This document shows positions 1 to 10,038 of a DNA stretch of 64,000 bases, in pieces; positions within the stretch are counted from its first letter, which is position 1; each line of letters starts with the position of its first letter. Under the pieces are notes generated by a model. That model did not search any database. It was given only the letters and a program-made list of their open reading frames with translations, and was not told the origin of the DNA. Source of the stretch: an uncultured bacterium (GTDB lineage: Bacteria > Bacteroidota > Bacteroidia > Chitinophagales > Chitinophagaceae); NCBI GenBank assembly GCA_966095395.1, contig CBHTSW010000016.1, forward strand, positions 12,113 through 76,112. The letters run 5' to 3'. The position numbers were made by a program, and so were the translations under genes.

Positions 1-588
1 CAGGGCGATGAAGTCGTGCATGAAGACGGGTACGAAGAAATTCGCAAAGCCATGCACGACTGGAAGAACCACAGGGATGTGGACGGGCTTTTATTTAAAT
101 ACCGGCATTTTTACGGCTCCTTTGATTATGTAGGCAACTCATCAAAATGGTATAAAAAAGAAATACGGATCATTAAAAATGATAAAAATATTTTCTCCTA
201 CCGCGATGCGCAGGGCTTCCGGAAAGGCGCTAATGAAAAGCTAAGAGTAAAGCCCTTAAATGCGTATGTACACCACTATGGCTGGGTGAGGGAACCGCAG
301 GCCATGTACCAAAAGCAATACGATTTTAGCAGGCTTTGGGGCGGAGAAAACTGGCAGCCGCAAAAAGTGTATGAAACCCCTTTTGATTATACAGCAGAAA
401 CCGATGCCCTGGAAAAATTTACAGGCACCCATCCCAAGGTCATGCAGCCCCGCATTGACCGCATGAACTGGAAGTTCGACTACGACCTGTCGCATAATCA
501 ATTAAAACCTAAGGAAAAGTTCAAAAACTTTATTGAAAAGCTCACCGGCAAAAGGCCTTTCGATCATAATAATTACAAGATCGTCTAA
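1..588 (+). CDS. C-terminal part of a glycosyltransferase-like protein (5' end outside window)
   Basis: The frame is open from nt 1 (QGDEVVHEDG...) into track ORF 16..588, with stop TAA at 586-588. The family call rests only on my recollection of similar HHYGWVREP-type C-terminal regions in Bacteroidota family-2 glycosyltransferases. Confidence 0.35.
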   Translation, partial: QGDEVVHEDGYEEIRKAMHDWKNHRDVDGLLFKYRHFYGSFDYVGNSSKWYKKEIRIIKNDKNIFSYRDAQGFRKGANEKLRVKPLNAYVHHYGWVREPQAMYQKQYDFSRLWGGENWQPQKVYETPFDYTAETDALEKFTGTHPKVMQPRIDRMNWKFDYDLSHNQLKPKEKFKNFIEKLTGKRPFDHNNYKIV

Positions 589-611
589 CCTCGCTACCAC
601 CCCCTGAGGTT

Positions 612-629
612 TTACCCCCCGGGGGGTAA
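612..629. terminator. Bidirectional hairpin between convergent genes
   Basis: Perfect palindrome TTACCCCCC/GGGGGGTAA lies in the 48-nt gap between the stop codons at 586-588 (+) and 637-639 (-). Confidence 0.45.
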
Positions 630-636
630 GCTGGTT

Positions 637-1458
637 TTAATCCAAAAAAATATCCTTCATCAACGGCTGCTCGGGGTTCACTGCATATTTTTTCAAATCG
701 GTGATGCCTTCTTTTTCCAGCAGCTCTTCATCAATAAAAAAATTACCGGTGCACACTGTCGATGGTTTTGATAGAATATAATAAGCGGCATCTGCTACTA
801 TTTCAGGGGTGCGGCTCATTTGCATCAGCACATCGCCCCCCAATAAATTTTGAACCGCCGCTGTGGCAATGGTGGTTTTGGGCCATAAGGCATTGGCTGC
901 TACCTTATGCTCTTTTAGTTCTTCTGCCAGTCCCAAAACGATCATACTCATACCGTATTTGCTCATCGTATACGCCAGGTGCTGGGCAAACCATTTGGGA
1001 TTTAAATTGAGCGGAGGTGACAGGTTTAAAATATGGGCGTTGGTTGATTTTTTCAAATGCGGGATACAGGCCCTGCACATAAAAAAGGTGCCTCTTACCT
1101 GGATGCCGTGCATCAGGTCAAATCGTTTGGGTTCGGTTTGCTCCGTGGGCATGAGGTTAATGGCGCTGGCATTATTGATAAGGATGTCGATGCCGCCAAA
1201 CGTTCTTACCGTTTCATCCACCGCCGCCTTTATCTGTTCTTCATAACGTATATCGCATTGAAGGGGAAGGGCTTTCACGCCTGTGTCTTCTATCTCCTTT
1301 GCGGCCGTATAAATGGTGCCTTCCAGCCTGGGATGCGGCTCTGTGGTTTTGGCGGCAATGGCAATGTTGGCGCCTTCCCTGGCTAGCCGCAAGGCAATGG
1401 CCTTTCCAATGCCGCGGCTTCCGCCGGTAATCAAAACGGTTTTGTTTTTTAAAGTCAT
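637..1458 (-). CDS. SDR-family (short-chain dehydrogenase/reductase) oxidoreductase
   Basis: Rossmann motif TGGSRGIGKAIA and catalytic YTMSK (YxxxK). I moved the start to ATG 1458 (MTLKNKTVLITGG), which avoids overlap with the upstream gene ending at 1478. Confidence 0.85.
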   Translation of the reverse strand: MTLKNKTVLITGGSRGIGKAIALRLAREGANIAIAAKTTEPHPRLEGTIYTAAKEIEDTGVKALPLQCDIRYEEQIKAAVDETVRTFGGIDILINNASAINLMPTEQTEPKRFDLMHGIQVRGTFFMCRACIPHLKKSTNAHILNLSPPLNLNPKWFAQHLAYTMSKYGMSMIVLGLAEELKEHKVAANALWPKTTIATAAVQNLLGGDVLMQMSRTPEIVADAAYYILSKPSTVCTGNFFIDEELLEKEGITDLKKYAVNPEQPLMKDIFLD

Positions 1459-1477
1459 AAGCAATCGGTTTTTTCCT

Positions 1478-2467
1478 TTAAGAAAGGACGGGTTTGGGTT
1501 TTGTTTGCATAATGCCCTCAATGCGCTGCATAATTTCAGGAGTTAGCCTGGGCAGCACATCCAGTGCCTTTAGATTTTCAACCAACTGTTCTTTTTTAGT
1601 AGCACCCAGTATGGCGGTAGTCACATGGGGATTTTTAAGGCACCAGGCAATGGCCAGTGTGGATTGCGGCGTGTCCAGTTCTTTTGCTATTTGGCCTAGC
1701 TGGCGCACTTTGGTTACTTTATCTTCCACCATCCAGCGGTCTTTCAGCCAGTCAAAGCCTTCCAGTGCAAAGCGGCTGTTCTCCGGTATGCCATTGTTGT
1801 ATTTGCCGGTTAAAAGTCCTGATGCCAATGGGCTCCAGATAGTAGTTCCCATGCCTACCGTTTCAAAGATCATTGGGAAATCACCTTCCATCCTGTTTCG
1901 TTCCAGCAAATTATATTGCGGCTGCTCCACACAGGGGCCAATTAGTTTGTACTGTGCTGCCACGCGGTGGGCTTCCATGATCTCCACACCGCTCCATTCG
2001 CTGGTGCCCCAGTACAAGATCTTGCCTTGCTGCATCAGTATGTTCATGGTCCACACCACTTCTTCAATAGGAACGGTGCGGTCCGGACGATGGCAGAAAT
2101 AAATATCGAGATACTCCACCTGCAAACGCTGCAAAGCTTCGTGACAGGCTTCCACCAAATGTTTGCGGCTCAAACCGGTTTGGTTGGGTTTGTTCTGTTT
2201 GCCCCTCGATCCAAAAAATGCCTTGCTGCTTACCACGTAGGAGGTGCGGTCCCAGCCTTTCTTTTTTAAAACCCTTCCCATCAGTCGTTCGCTTTCGCCA
2301 AGCGCATAGGCTTCTGCGTTATCAAAAAAATTGATGCCATTGTCGTAAGCAATGCCCATTAATTCATCGGCAATCGTATCATCAATTTGTTTGTGAAAGG
2401 TTACCCAACTGCCATACGACAATACACTTAACTGCAGGCCTGCCTTTCCCATTCTCCTGTATTCCAT
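1478..2467 (-). CDS. Aldo/keto reductase (Kv-beta-like AKR subfamily)
   Basis: 329 aa. The N-terminus MEYRRMGKAGLQLSVLSYGSW and the overall length and pattern are typical of AKRs. ATG start verified at 2465-2467. Confidence 0.8.
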   Translation of the reverse strand: MEYRRMGKAGLQLSVLSYGSWVTFHKQIDDTIADELMGIAYDNGINFFDNAEAYALGESERLMGRVLKKKGWDRTSYVVSSKAFFGSRGKQNKPNQTGLSRKHLVEACHEALQRLQVEYLDIYFCHRPDRTVPIEEVVWTMNILMQQGKILYWGTSEWSGVEIMEAHRVAAQYKLIGPCVEQPQYNLLERNRMEGDFPMIFETVGMGTTIWSPLASGLLTGKYNNGIPENSRFALEGFDWLKDRWMVEDKVTKVRQLGQIAKELDTPQSTLAIAWCLKNPHVTTAILGATKKEQLVENLKALDVLPRLTPEIMQRIEGIMQTKPKPVLS

Positions 2468-2668
2468 AGCTAATAGTTTAATTTTTTAAAATGAGAATTG
2501 AAGGTATTGAGAAAGTACAAACAAAAGGTGCTGCCAACAGGAAAGATACGCCAGAGCCTGATAAGGCGCGACCCGGTTAATGGCATGTTAACGGGTCCTG
2601 AAAAGCACGACAAGAATACTTTTTGCGATTAACCTTGTATTCAATTATTCATCATTAAACTTACAATC

Positions 2669-3016
2669 ATGAAAAGACTACTCATGGCTCTGGTAGCTAT
2701 AATCGGATTGAGCGTTTGCGGCTTTGCACAGACAGCAGCTCCTGCCAAAGAAAAACCCAAAGTGGCAGTTACCGCAAAGCATACTCAGAAAAAATCAACG
2801 AAGGCAGAAACACAACAAAGTCCGGTTACAACCTCCACCACCACTACGACAACTACCACCCCTGCAACAACCAAGGGTATGGTTAAAAAAAATGGAACAC
2901 CCGATATGCGCTATAAAGCCAACAAAGCTGCTGCTAAAACACAAACAACAACTACCACCCATCTGAAAAAGAATGGAACGCCAGACAAGCGATATAAAGA
3001 AAATAAAAAAGGCTAG
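2669..3016 (+). CDS. Small secreted Thr-rich basic protein with duplicated KKNGTPD(M/K)RYK motif
   Basis: Signal peptide MKRLLMALVAIIGLSVCGFAQ, poly-Thr tracts, and two copies of KKNGTPDMRYKANK / KKNGTPDKRYKENK. ATG verified at 2669. Confidence 0.55.
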   Translation: MKRLLMALVAIIGLSVCGFAQTAAPAKEKPKVAVTAKHTQKKSTKAETQQSPVTTSTTTTTTTTPATTKGMVKKNGTPDMRYKANKAAAKTQTTTTTHLKKNGTPDKRYKENKKG

Positions 3017-3152
3017 CGCATGCAAAGCACCTGTTGTTAATAAACAAAGCCCCTGCCGGCAGGGGTTTTGTTTATTGCGCTGCTAATTTATTTGAAAACA
3101 TCACCGCACCGGCAGGTTGCCCGATGATGTTCTGTTTTCAGCCCCGGGTACC

Positions 3153-3668
3153 TTATAATCGTTTCCGCATCAGCCAGTCTCTTTGCAAATCATCTCCCAA
3201 AAGAAAATGGGTTTCCTCAAATTTTTCAAAACCCCATTTGGTATAAAAGTCAATAGCTCTTTGGTTTTTTTCCCATACGCCCAGCCATAACACCTCTTTG
3301 TTTTTTTCTTTCGCTATATCAATGCTGGCCTGCATCAAAACCCTGCCGGCGCCTTTTCCTATCATGTGCTTCATGGCGTAAAGACGTGCAATTTCCAAGG
3401 CGTTCTTACTGCCTAAAGATCTTGGCACCCCTGCATCGCGAAGCTTGACATAGCCTGCAATGTCTTTGTTGTGGTAGGCTATCAAAAAAATATTTTCAGG
3501 ACTTCCCACTTCCAGCATCAGCTTTCCCCGGGTAAATTGCTCCCGCATAAATTTTTCCATATTCTCCGTTGTGTTATCGGCTGCAAAGGTTTCATAGAAG
3601 GTTTGGCGGCTGATATCAGCGATCAATACCTCATCTTCTTTTGTAGCATATCGAAGCGAAAACCCCAT
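3153..3668 (-). CDS. GNAT-family N-acetyltransferase
   Basis: 171 aa. An acetyl-CoA binding-type segment (MIGKGAGRVLM) and the overall GNAT length and pattern. Confidence 0.75.
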   Translation of the reverse strand: MGFSLRYATKEDEVLIADISRQTFYETFAADNTTENMEKFMREQFTRGKLMLEVGSPENIFLIAYHNKDIAGYVKLRDAGVPRSLGSKNALEIARLYAMKHMIGKGAGRVLMQASIDIAKEKNKEVLWLGVWEKNQRAIDFYTKWGFEKFEETHFLLGDDLQRDWLMRKRL

Positions 3669-3835
3669 ACCGGCAATTTACATCCCTCAACTGTTTTGAA
3701 ATCAAATTTATTCAGATTAGGAGAAAGAATTCTACTTTATAAAATAGCCCCTGTACAACCATTAGCTTCTGTTGTATGGCTTGCCTACCGGCGGGCCAGT
3801 GCTTGTACACTGTATCTTTCATTCAACTTTTTGTT

Positions 3836-3898
3836 TCATGCAGCGAACGCTAAGGAGCAACGACGTTACGCAGCTGTATCGTTGCGTTCGCTGCATGA
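3836..3898. repeat. 61-63 nt hairpin repeat element (copy A)
   Basis: Perfect 15-bp arms TCATGCAGCGAACGC (3836-3850) and GCGTTCGCTGCATGA (3884-3898), plus an inner AACGA/TCGTT helix. It aligns colinearly with the reverse strand of 62552-62612. Confidence 0.6.
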
Positions 3899-3973
3899 AC
3901 TGCGTTGTCAAGATTTACCAGGAACCGTGACAGCAGCCATACAGCTGGGTACAGAAAACTTATCTTCGCTTCA

Positions 3974-4411
3974 ATGGATGATGCCTATTACATGAAACAA
4001 GCCCTTGCGCAGGCCCAAAAGGCGTTCGAAGAAGATGAAGTACCGGTAGGTGCCATCGTGGTTTTGAACCATAAAATCATTGCAAGGGGATACAACCAGG
4101 TAGAGAAGTTAAATGACCCGACAGCACATGCCGAGATCATTGCACTGACATCGGCTTTTAATTATTTAGGAAGCAAGTATCTGCCGGAAGCCACCTTATA
4201 TGTTACCGTAGAACCCTGTTTAATGTGCGCCGGGGCCTTGTATTGGAGTAAGATCGGCCGGGTGGTTTACGGCGCTACCGATGAAAAGAATGGCTACCTT
4301 CATATAACTAAAGAAAGGTCTCCCTTTCACCCGAAAACAGAATTGATAAAAGGTGTGTTAGCAGAAGAGTGCGCAAATTTAATGAAGTCGTTTTTCCGGC
4401 AAAAAAGATAA
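3974..4411 (+). CDS. tadA: tRNA adenosine(34) deaminase
   Basis: CMP/dCMP-type zinc-binding motifs HAE (TAHAEIIAL) and PCLMCAGAL, with the size typical of TadA. The track ORF begins at TTG 3905, and I prefer ATG 3974 (MDDAYYMKQAL). Confidence 0.85.
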   Translation: MDDAYYMKQALAQAQKAFEEDEVPVGAIVVLNHKIIARGYNQVEKLNDPTAHAEIIALTSAFNYLGSKYLPEATLYVTVEPCLMCAGALYWSKIGRVVYGATDEKNGYLHITKERSPFHPKTELIKGVLAEECANLMKSFFRQKR

Positions 4412-4414
4412 GCT

Positions 4415-4720
4415 ATGGCCATCAAAATTCTTTCTCAAAAAGTGGAATGCCTCAACCCCAACACGGGCGGCAAAATAAAAATCGATAAAACGATTTACGA
4501 TCTTTTTTCCAGGGCCATCTTTCAAACGCTCGAAAAAAGCCAGCCTCTTACGTACACCCAGATCGTTGAAGGCATTAAGGATTGTTTTAAACAAGAGAAA
4601 ACAAAATTTGACGGCTCGATTGGATGGTATGCGGTAACCATCAAAAATGATATGCAGGCAAGAGGAATCATGGAAGTATTTACCGAAAAAGAAAGGAAAC
4701 TGCACCGAATAAAAAACTAA
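4415..4720 (+). CDS. Conserved hypothetical protein
   Basis: 101-aa ORF starting 4 nt after the tadA stop (ATG 4415), with plausible composition. I recognise no domain with confidence. Confidence 0.5.
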   Translation: MAIKILSQKVECLNPNTGGKIKIDKTIYDLFSRAIFQTLEKSQPLTYTQIVEGIKDCFKQEKTKFDGSIGWYAVTIKNDMQARGIMEVFTEKERKLHRIKN

Positions 4721-4859
4721 GAGCTACTGCGTAACGGCGCTTAGGTGAGATGTGATCGTTGATTACATGATTGATCCACCCGGAATTTTTGAGTAACCTC
4801 CATAAAAGAAGGAACATTCTTTCCCTGCAGGGACGTCAGCCGCCAGGATTTCAAATAAG

Positions 4860-4892
4860 AAAAGCCTGACCGCATGTACGGTCAGGCTTTTA
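4860..4892. terminator. Bidirectional rho-independent terminator
   Basis: 9-bp GC-rich stem GCCTGACCG/CGGTCAGGC, flanked by an A-run on the left and a T-run on the right, between the convergent genes 4415..4720 (+) and 4910..6373 (-). Confidence 0.65.
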
Positions 4893-4909
4893 TCTGAATT
4901 GTTTACTAA

Positions 4910-6373
4910 TTAATAGCCGGAGTTTTGCTGTGCTTCCAAACCCGGGTTGGCATTGATTTCATCCTGCGGAATGGGCAGAATTACTTTTTGGAAAGTTCGG
5001 TCAATGGTTTTGGGGCGATGAGGAACCGTTATGCCTCCAAATTCATCGTTGAATGTAATAGGCAGGTTCAAACGCAACATATCAAAAAAGCGCTGACCTT
5101 CTGTAAACAGCTCTTTACTTCTTTCGTCCATGATCATATCCATGGTAATGGTAGCAGCTGTAGCCGGCGCCAGATTTGGAGAACGCTTCCGGATTTGGTT
5201 CAGATAGGTAACCGCCAGGTCCTTGTTAATATGGTAGGCTGCTTCAGCAGCAATCAAATAAATTTCTGAAAGGCGGATCACCTTAATGTTTACAGCAGTA
5301 GACGAGTTCTTAACCTTATCATCGCCTTCCAGTGTGATGCTCCCACTGTACTTGTAACTGGCGCCCAGGTGGGTGGTACTGCTTTCGTCGTTACTCATAA
5401 CACCCCACCTTACATCATTTGGATCCTGCTTTAACCGGTCCAGGAAATAATCGCTTGCCATAAACCAGCCTAAAACTGAACCGCCACCATGTCCTTTACG
5501 GCGCAGATAAAAACCTAAGGAAGCAGTGGTTAAGTCGTTCTCGTTTGGAAACATTCCCAATTCGAAAATTGATTCAGAACCAAATTGTGCTTTCCATGAA
5601 TTTACCCACTCGGCATTGGCGTACAACTTATAGACGTTGCTGGTAATGATGGCTTCCGCAGCACTTAGGGCTTCGGCATAATTTTCCATATTCAGATAAA
5701 CCCTGGCCTGTATGGCTTTATTGCCATAGTAATTTAAGTAGCCGTTCGATTTTGCCTTCGAAAGCAGCGGCTCGGCCTCTTTTAAATCCTTTAAAATTTG
5801 AGTATAGTTCTCTGCTACGGTGGCACGCAGCGGCTGTGCCGTTGCTTCCAGCGGTTCTGTGACGTTGGGCACACCATAGGATGCCTTATCCTGCGAATAA
5901 GGCTTGCCGTACAAACGCACCAGGTCAAAATACAGGAGGGCTCTTGCGGTAAGGGCCTGTCCTTTGTAACTGTCGAAGTTCTCCGTGGTTCCGGCAGCTT
6001 TCAGCCGGTCAATGTTTGTTATGATGTTATTCGCCTGTAAAATGCAATGATAGATCTGGTTCCAAAAACCAGAGTAGTTGTTGGAGGATTTGGAATGATT
6101 GAACGTGTACAGGGCGTCCAGTCCCCTACCCTGGGAAAAAATGGTCAGGTCGCCGCCTTTTACATCGCCATATAACATAAAATTTCTTCCATAATAGGCG
6201 GAGCTGGTCATTTTACTCATAAGGCCATTGATCATCACCTTGGCGTCGGCAGCCGTTTGTATAGCCGTATTAGCATCTCCTGAATTGGTCGGTTTCACAT
6301 CCAGGAATTCTTTTTTACACGAGGTGAATCCTAAAAGCAGAAGCGCTGCAAAAAATATAGTGTACTTTCTCAT
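4910..6373 (-). CDS. RagB/SusD-family nutrient-binding outer-membrane lipoprotein
   Basis: Lipoprotein signal LLLLGFTSCKK, about 490 aa, TPR-like SusD pattern, and position immediately downstream of a SusC-like gene. Confidence 0.9.
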   Translation of the reverse strand: MRKYTIFFAALLLLGFTSCKKEFLDVKPTNSGDANTAIQTAADAKVMINGLMSKMTSSAYYGRNFMLYGDVKGGDLTIFSQGRGLDALYTFNHSKSSNNYSGFWNQIYHCILQANNIITNIDRLKAAGTTENFDSYKGQALTARALLYFDLVRLYGKPYSQDKASYGVPNVTEPLEATAQPLRATVAENYTQILKDLKEAEPLLSKAKSNGYLNYYGNKAIQARVYLNMENYAEALSAAEAIITSNVYKLYANAEWVNSWKAQFGSESIFELGMFPNENDLTTASLGFYLRRKGHGGGSVLGWFMASDYFLDRLKQDPNDVRWGVMSNDESSTTHLGASYKYSGSITLEGDDKVKNSSTAVNIKVIRLSEIYLIAAEAAYHINKDLAVTYLNQIRKRSPNLAPATAATITMDMIMDERSKELFTEGQRFFDMLRLNLPITFNDEFGGITVPHRPKTIDRTFQKVILPIPQDEINANPGLEAQQNSGY

Positions 6374-6391
6374 TTTAAAATCTTTAGAGGT

Positions 6392-9300
6392 TTAGAAACT
6401 TAATTCAATACCAACAGTGTATGTTTTGCCATAAGGCGTTTCCCATCCTCTTGTACCATAGTTGTTCACTTCAGGATCGGCAATTTTGTATTTGGAGAAG
6501 GTTAGCAGGTTGGTACCATTCACATACACTCTTGCGCTGGAAAGACCGATTCTGTTAATCAGTGTATGCGGCAAACTATATCCCAGCGAAAGATTTTTTA
6601 ATCTTAAAAAGCTGGCGCTGTGCATCTGACGGTTGCTGAATTTCTGCGGATCCGTCAGGTCATTTCCATCCAGTTTGGGCAGGGTGCCATTGGGGTTGGC
6701 ATCGGTCCACATATTTTCATAATAAACCTCCGAGCGGATGCGCTCCCAGTAATAACCATCGTCCGCCATATCCTTGAAGGCGCCGTCATAAAGATAGCCT
6801 CCCAGCTTGTAGATAAAGTTGACGCCAAGGGTAAGGTTACCATATTGCAGGTCGGTGCTGAGGCCGCCATACACTTTTGGCAGGGCGCTTCCTAAGATCA
6901 CATAGTTGGCCTTGCTCCAGTCATAGGTGGCTCCTTTGCCGTTCAAATCAAAGTCGCCTGCGGATTTGTCGGCCGGATCATTTACGTACCAGCGGTTTTT
7001 CCCGTTTGCGGGGTCCACACCGGCCCACTCATAGCCATAAAATGAATAGGTTGATTCACCTTCCCTGTAAATATATTGTGCCCTGTCGTCGCCGCCGGTG
7101 GGGTCATACCAAATGATGTCCTGGCCTTTTTCTTCTCCTTCATTTTTATACAATTTGGTGACTTTGGATTTGATGAAAGATGCATTTGCATTCACACTCC
7201 ATCTCAATTTCTTTTTGCGGATGATGTCGCCACCCAAACTTAACTCCAATCCGCGGTTATTCATCTCACCAATATTTCTAAGTGTGGATGAAAAACCCGT
7301 AACCCTGGAAATCGGCACATTCTGCAACAGGTCTCTTGAATCGCGGTTAAAATACTCAATAGTACCATAGAGCCGCTGTCCAAACAGGCCAAAGTCTAAG
7401 CCTATGTTGGTAACATAATTGGTTTCCCACCTCAAATTCCTATCAGCAAGGGAACCAATACTACCTCCTGCCTGCGTCATGTACTTGTCGCCATACCCTG
7501 CCAGCGGACGCCAGCCATAATTATTTGAAGGCAAGGTGCCGTTAATCCCGTAAGAAGCCCTTACACGCAGGTTACTGATGTAGGTTGCCTGGCTCATAAA
7601 TGATTCCCTGTCGATCCTCCAGGAACCCGCAATAGACCAGAAATTACCCCAGCGGGTTTCGGGTCCCAGTTTGGATGATCCATCACGGCGGTACGATGCT
7701 GAAGCAAAATACTTCTGATCATAATTATATTCCACCCTTGACAATATGGAGTTCATGGTATTGCCCCAGGAATAAGCGCTGGCATCCAACTTACCTGCGG
7801 TGGCCACCGTATGCAAGGCACTGGAAGGCAGGTCGGTGCCGGTTGCCCGTTGAAAATCGGTGTTGTTTTTTTCAGCCTCATAACCTGCCAGTACATCTAT
7901 ACCATGCAAACCAAAATTCTTTTTGTAGTTCAAGGTGGTAGATGACACCCACCTGGTTGAGTTGGTACTCATTTCGGAGACGCTTCCATTGACAGCAGTC
8001 CCATTGAAATGTTTGGCACTGTAATAGATATGATCCTTCGTTTGTACATTATCGTATGAGAATACAGTCTTCAGATCCAGCGATGGAAGGATATGAGCCA
8101 CAATAGACTCATTGGCCAGCATCCGGAAATCCGAAGTTTTATTTTCCCATTCATTATCGTAGTACAGGCCATTATAAGCAAGGCTTCCTAAACGGGCGGT
8201 AAAAGGCTGACCTGTTTTATAATCGGTAGGCCAGTAGAGCGGCCACAATAAATTGCGGGTTTGCATAAAATAGTTACCCCCGGTATTCCTGGTATCGTTA
8301 TAACCCGACTTGGTGGTTTTGGCAATATTAAGATTGGATATAAAATCAACGTACTTACCAATGCCCTGAGAGAGGTTCACGCGGCCGGAAATGCGGTCAA
8401 AATCATTCACTTTTATGCGGCTGTTGTCTTTGGTATAGGAAAGCGATGAATAATACTTTGTATTCTGATCACCACCGCTGACCGAAAGGTCGTTTGTTTG
8501 ATAAACGCCGGTTCTGAACAAGGCATCTTCCCAATCAAAATATTTTCCTTCACGGTTTTCGATGCCATCGGTCATTCCTTTGATCATCACATTCTCATAA
8601 CGGCCCGGGCCGGCCGTTTCGAAGCGATAGCCGTGTTTATTGAATTTCGAATTCAGCCGGCTCAGTGCGTCCGAGTTGGCAAATGCTTCTGTTCTGCCGT
8701 TGGAAGTACGGTAGTCGTGAAAAATCTGGTACAGCATATTTACCTGTGCCTGCACATCGGCTGTTTCATAATTGTCGGTTGCCCATGACGGTGTAAAACC
8801 AATGGAAGAACGCAAATTGATTTTTGGCTTGCCTGCCCTTCCCTGCTTGGTAGTGATCATCACTACACCGTTAGCCGCCCTTGAACCATACAACGAAGAG
8901 GCAGCAGCGTCCTTTAAAATAGTAATGGAAGCAATATCCGCCGGGTTGAGCGTATTCATCACGTTGTTGGTAGAATAAATATAATCACTCATCTGGCCTG
9001 AATTGCCCGATGTTACCGGCACACCATCAATTACGTACAGAGGTTCGTTCGACGCATTCATAGAGCCAATGCCACGGATGCGAATGCTGGGTGTGGAACC
9101 GGCCTGGCCTGAGGAAGCAGTAACCTGTACACCCGGCGCTTTCCCGATGAGGGCATTTTGAAAAGAAGTCGTAGGCTGTTCTTTGATCTGGCTTTCATTG
9201 ACCACCGAAGCGGAACCGGTGAAAGTACCTTTCTTGGTAGTTCCGTAAGCCACGGCAATGACTTCGTCCAGTGCCTGGGCATCCGGCTGAAGTGTGGCGT

Positions 9301-9565
9301 TGACAACATGGCTTCCATTTACCGCAACTTCCAAGGTTTTGTATCCTACTGATGAAAACACCAGTATGGCATTCTGCGGTATGTTTTGAATGGAATACTT
9401 TCCTTGCGCATCGGCGCTGGTACCACGTGTGGTTCCTTTTATCAGCACACTGGCAGACAAGGGTGCGCCGTCCGATGCACTGACCACTCCCGTTACGTTC
9501 TGCGATTGGGCAAAAGCAAATAACGAGAATAGTACACTACAGAGAAACAGTAAGGGTCTTCTCAT
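6392..9565 (-). CDS. SusC/RagA-family TonB-dependent outer-membrane transporter
   Basis: 1057 aa with a signal peptide, a carboxypeptidase-regulatory-like N-domain (VTGVVSASDGAPL...KGTTRGTSADAQGKYSI), a plug region (DEVIAVAYGT) and a C-terminal aromatic residue (...GIELSF). It is paired with the SusD gene. Confidence 0.92.
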   Translation of the reverse strand: MRRPLLFLCSVLFSLFAFAQSQNVTGVVSASDGAPLSASVLIKGTTRGTSADAQGKYSIQNIPQNAILVFSSVGYKTLEVAVNGSHVVNATLQPDAQALDEVIAVAYGTTKKGTFTGSASVVNESQIKEQPTTSFQNALIGKAPGVQVTASSGQAGSTPSIRIRGIGSMNASNEPLYVIDGVPVTSGNSGQMSDYIYSTNNVMNTLNPADIASITILKDAAASSLYGSRAANGVVMITTKQGRAGKPKINLRSSIGFTPSWATDNYETADVQAQVNMLYQIFHDYRTSNGRTEAFANSDALSRLNSKFNKHGYRFETAGPGRYENVMIKGMTDGIENREGKYFDWEDALFRTGVYQTNDLSVSGGDQNTKYYSSLSYTKDNSRIKVNDFDRISGRVNLSQGIGKYVDFISNLNIAKTTKSGYNDTRNTGGNYFMQTRNLLWPLYWPTDYKTGQPFTARLGSLAYNGLYYDNEWENKTSDFRMLANESIVAHILPSLDLKTVFSYDNVQTKDHIYYSAKHFNGTAVNGSVSEMSTNSTRWVSSTTLNYKKNFGLHGIDVLAGYEAEKNNTDFQRATGTDLPSSALHTVATAGKLDASAYSWGNTMNSILSRVEYNYDQKYFASASYRRDGSSKLGPETRWGNFWSIAGSWRIDRESFMSQATYISNLRVRASYGINGTLPSNNYGWRPLAGYGDKYMTQAGGSIGSLADRNLRWETNYVTNIGLDFGLFGQRLYGTIEYFNRDSRDLLQNVPISRVTGFSSTLRNIGEMNNRGLELSLGGDIIRKKKLRWSVNANASFIKSKVTKLYKNEGEEKGQDIIWYDPTGGDDRAQYIYREGESTYSFYGYEWAGVDPANGKNRWYVNDPADKSAGDFDLNGKGATYDWSKANYVILGSALPKVYGGLSTDLQYGNLTLGVNFIYKLGGYLYDGAFKDMADDGYYWERIRSEVYYENMWTDANPNGTLPKLDGNDLTDPQKFSNRQMHSASFLRLKNLSLGYSLPHTLINRIGLSSARVYVNGTNLLTFSKYKIADPEVNNYGTRGWETPYGKTYTVGIELSF

Positions 9566-10038
9566 AACAATTAATTTTTTTAATTAAAGAAAAAATGGCA
9601 ATGGGTTTAAATAAGTGATGTGTGCAGCGGTATTTTACCAACCGCTCCCCAGGCGTGGCGGCTTTGATTAGATATTAAAAATGGCATAGCGTGGAACTGT
9701 ATCCATGCCAATAGCAGTGATTTCTTCATAAAGCACTATTTACGAGTTTATGTTTGGGGGTTTTAAGCAGTTACCAGTCCGTACATCCAGAGAAAAAGCA
9801 CACTCACGTCTCTGCAATATACTGCAAAAAGTACGCGGAAATATGCGTATAATCCAAAAAATGAAAAGTTTTTTGCACAAATGACTCCTTGTTTTCCGCA
9901 AAAACGCATGGGCTTCAACGATTCCTGTTCCAGATAATAAAATTATTTCGCGGCTCCAATCCACTTATCCTTTCTAAATTTGTGTCTTCTAAGGAAACGA
10001 TAGACAAATCTTAATCTTAAATTTTAAATTCAATTGTT

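Noticed and set aside
6620-9587. Numerous 60-100 aa ORFs inside and antisense to susC (and likewise inside bamA, the acyl-CoA dehydrogenase gene, asnB and others)
   Set aside because: All are nested within long ORFs that carry clear family signatures and have skewed composition. They are shadow ORFs.
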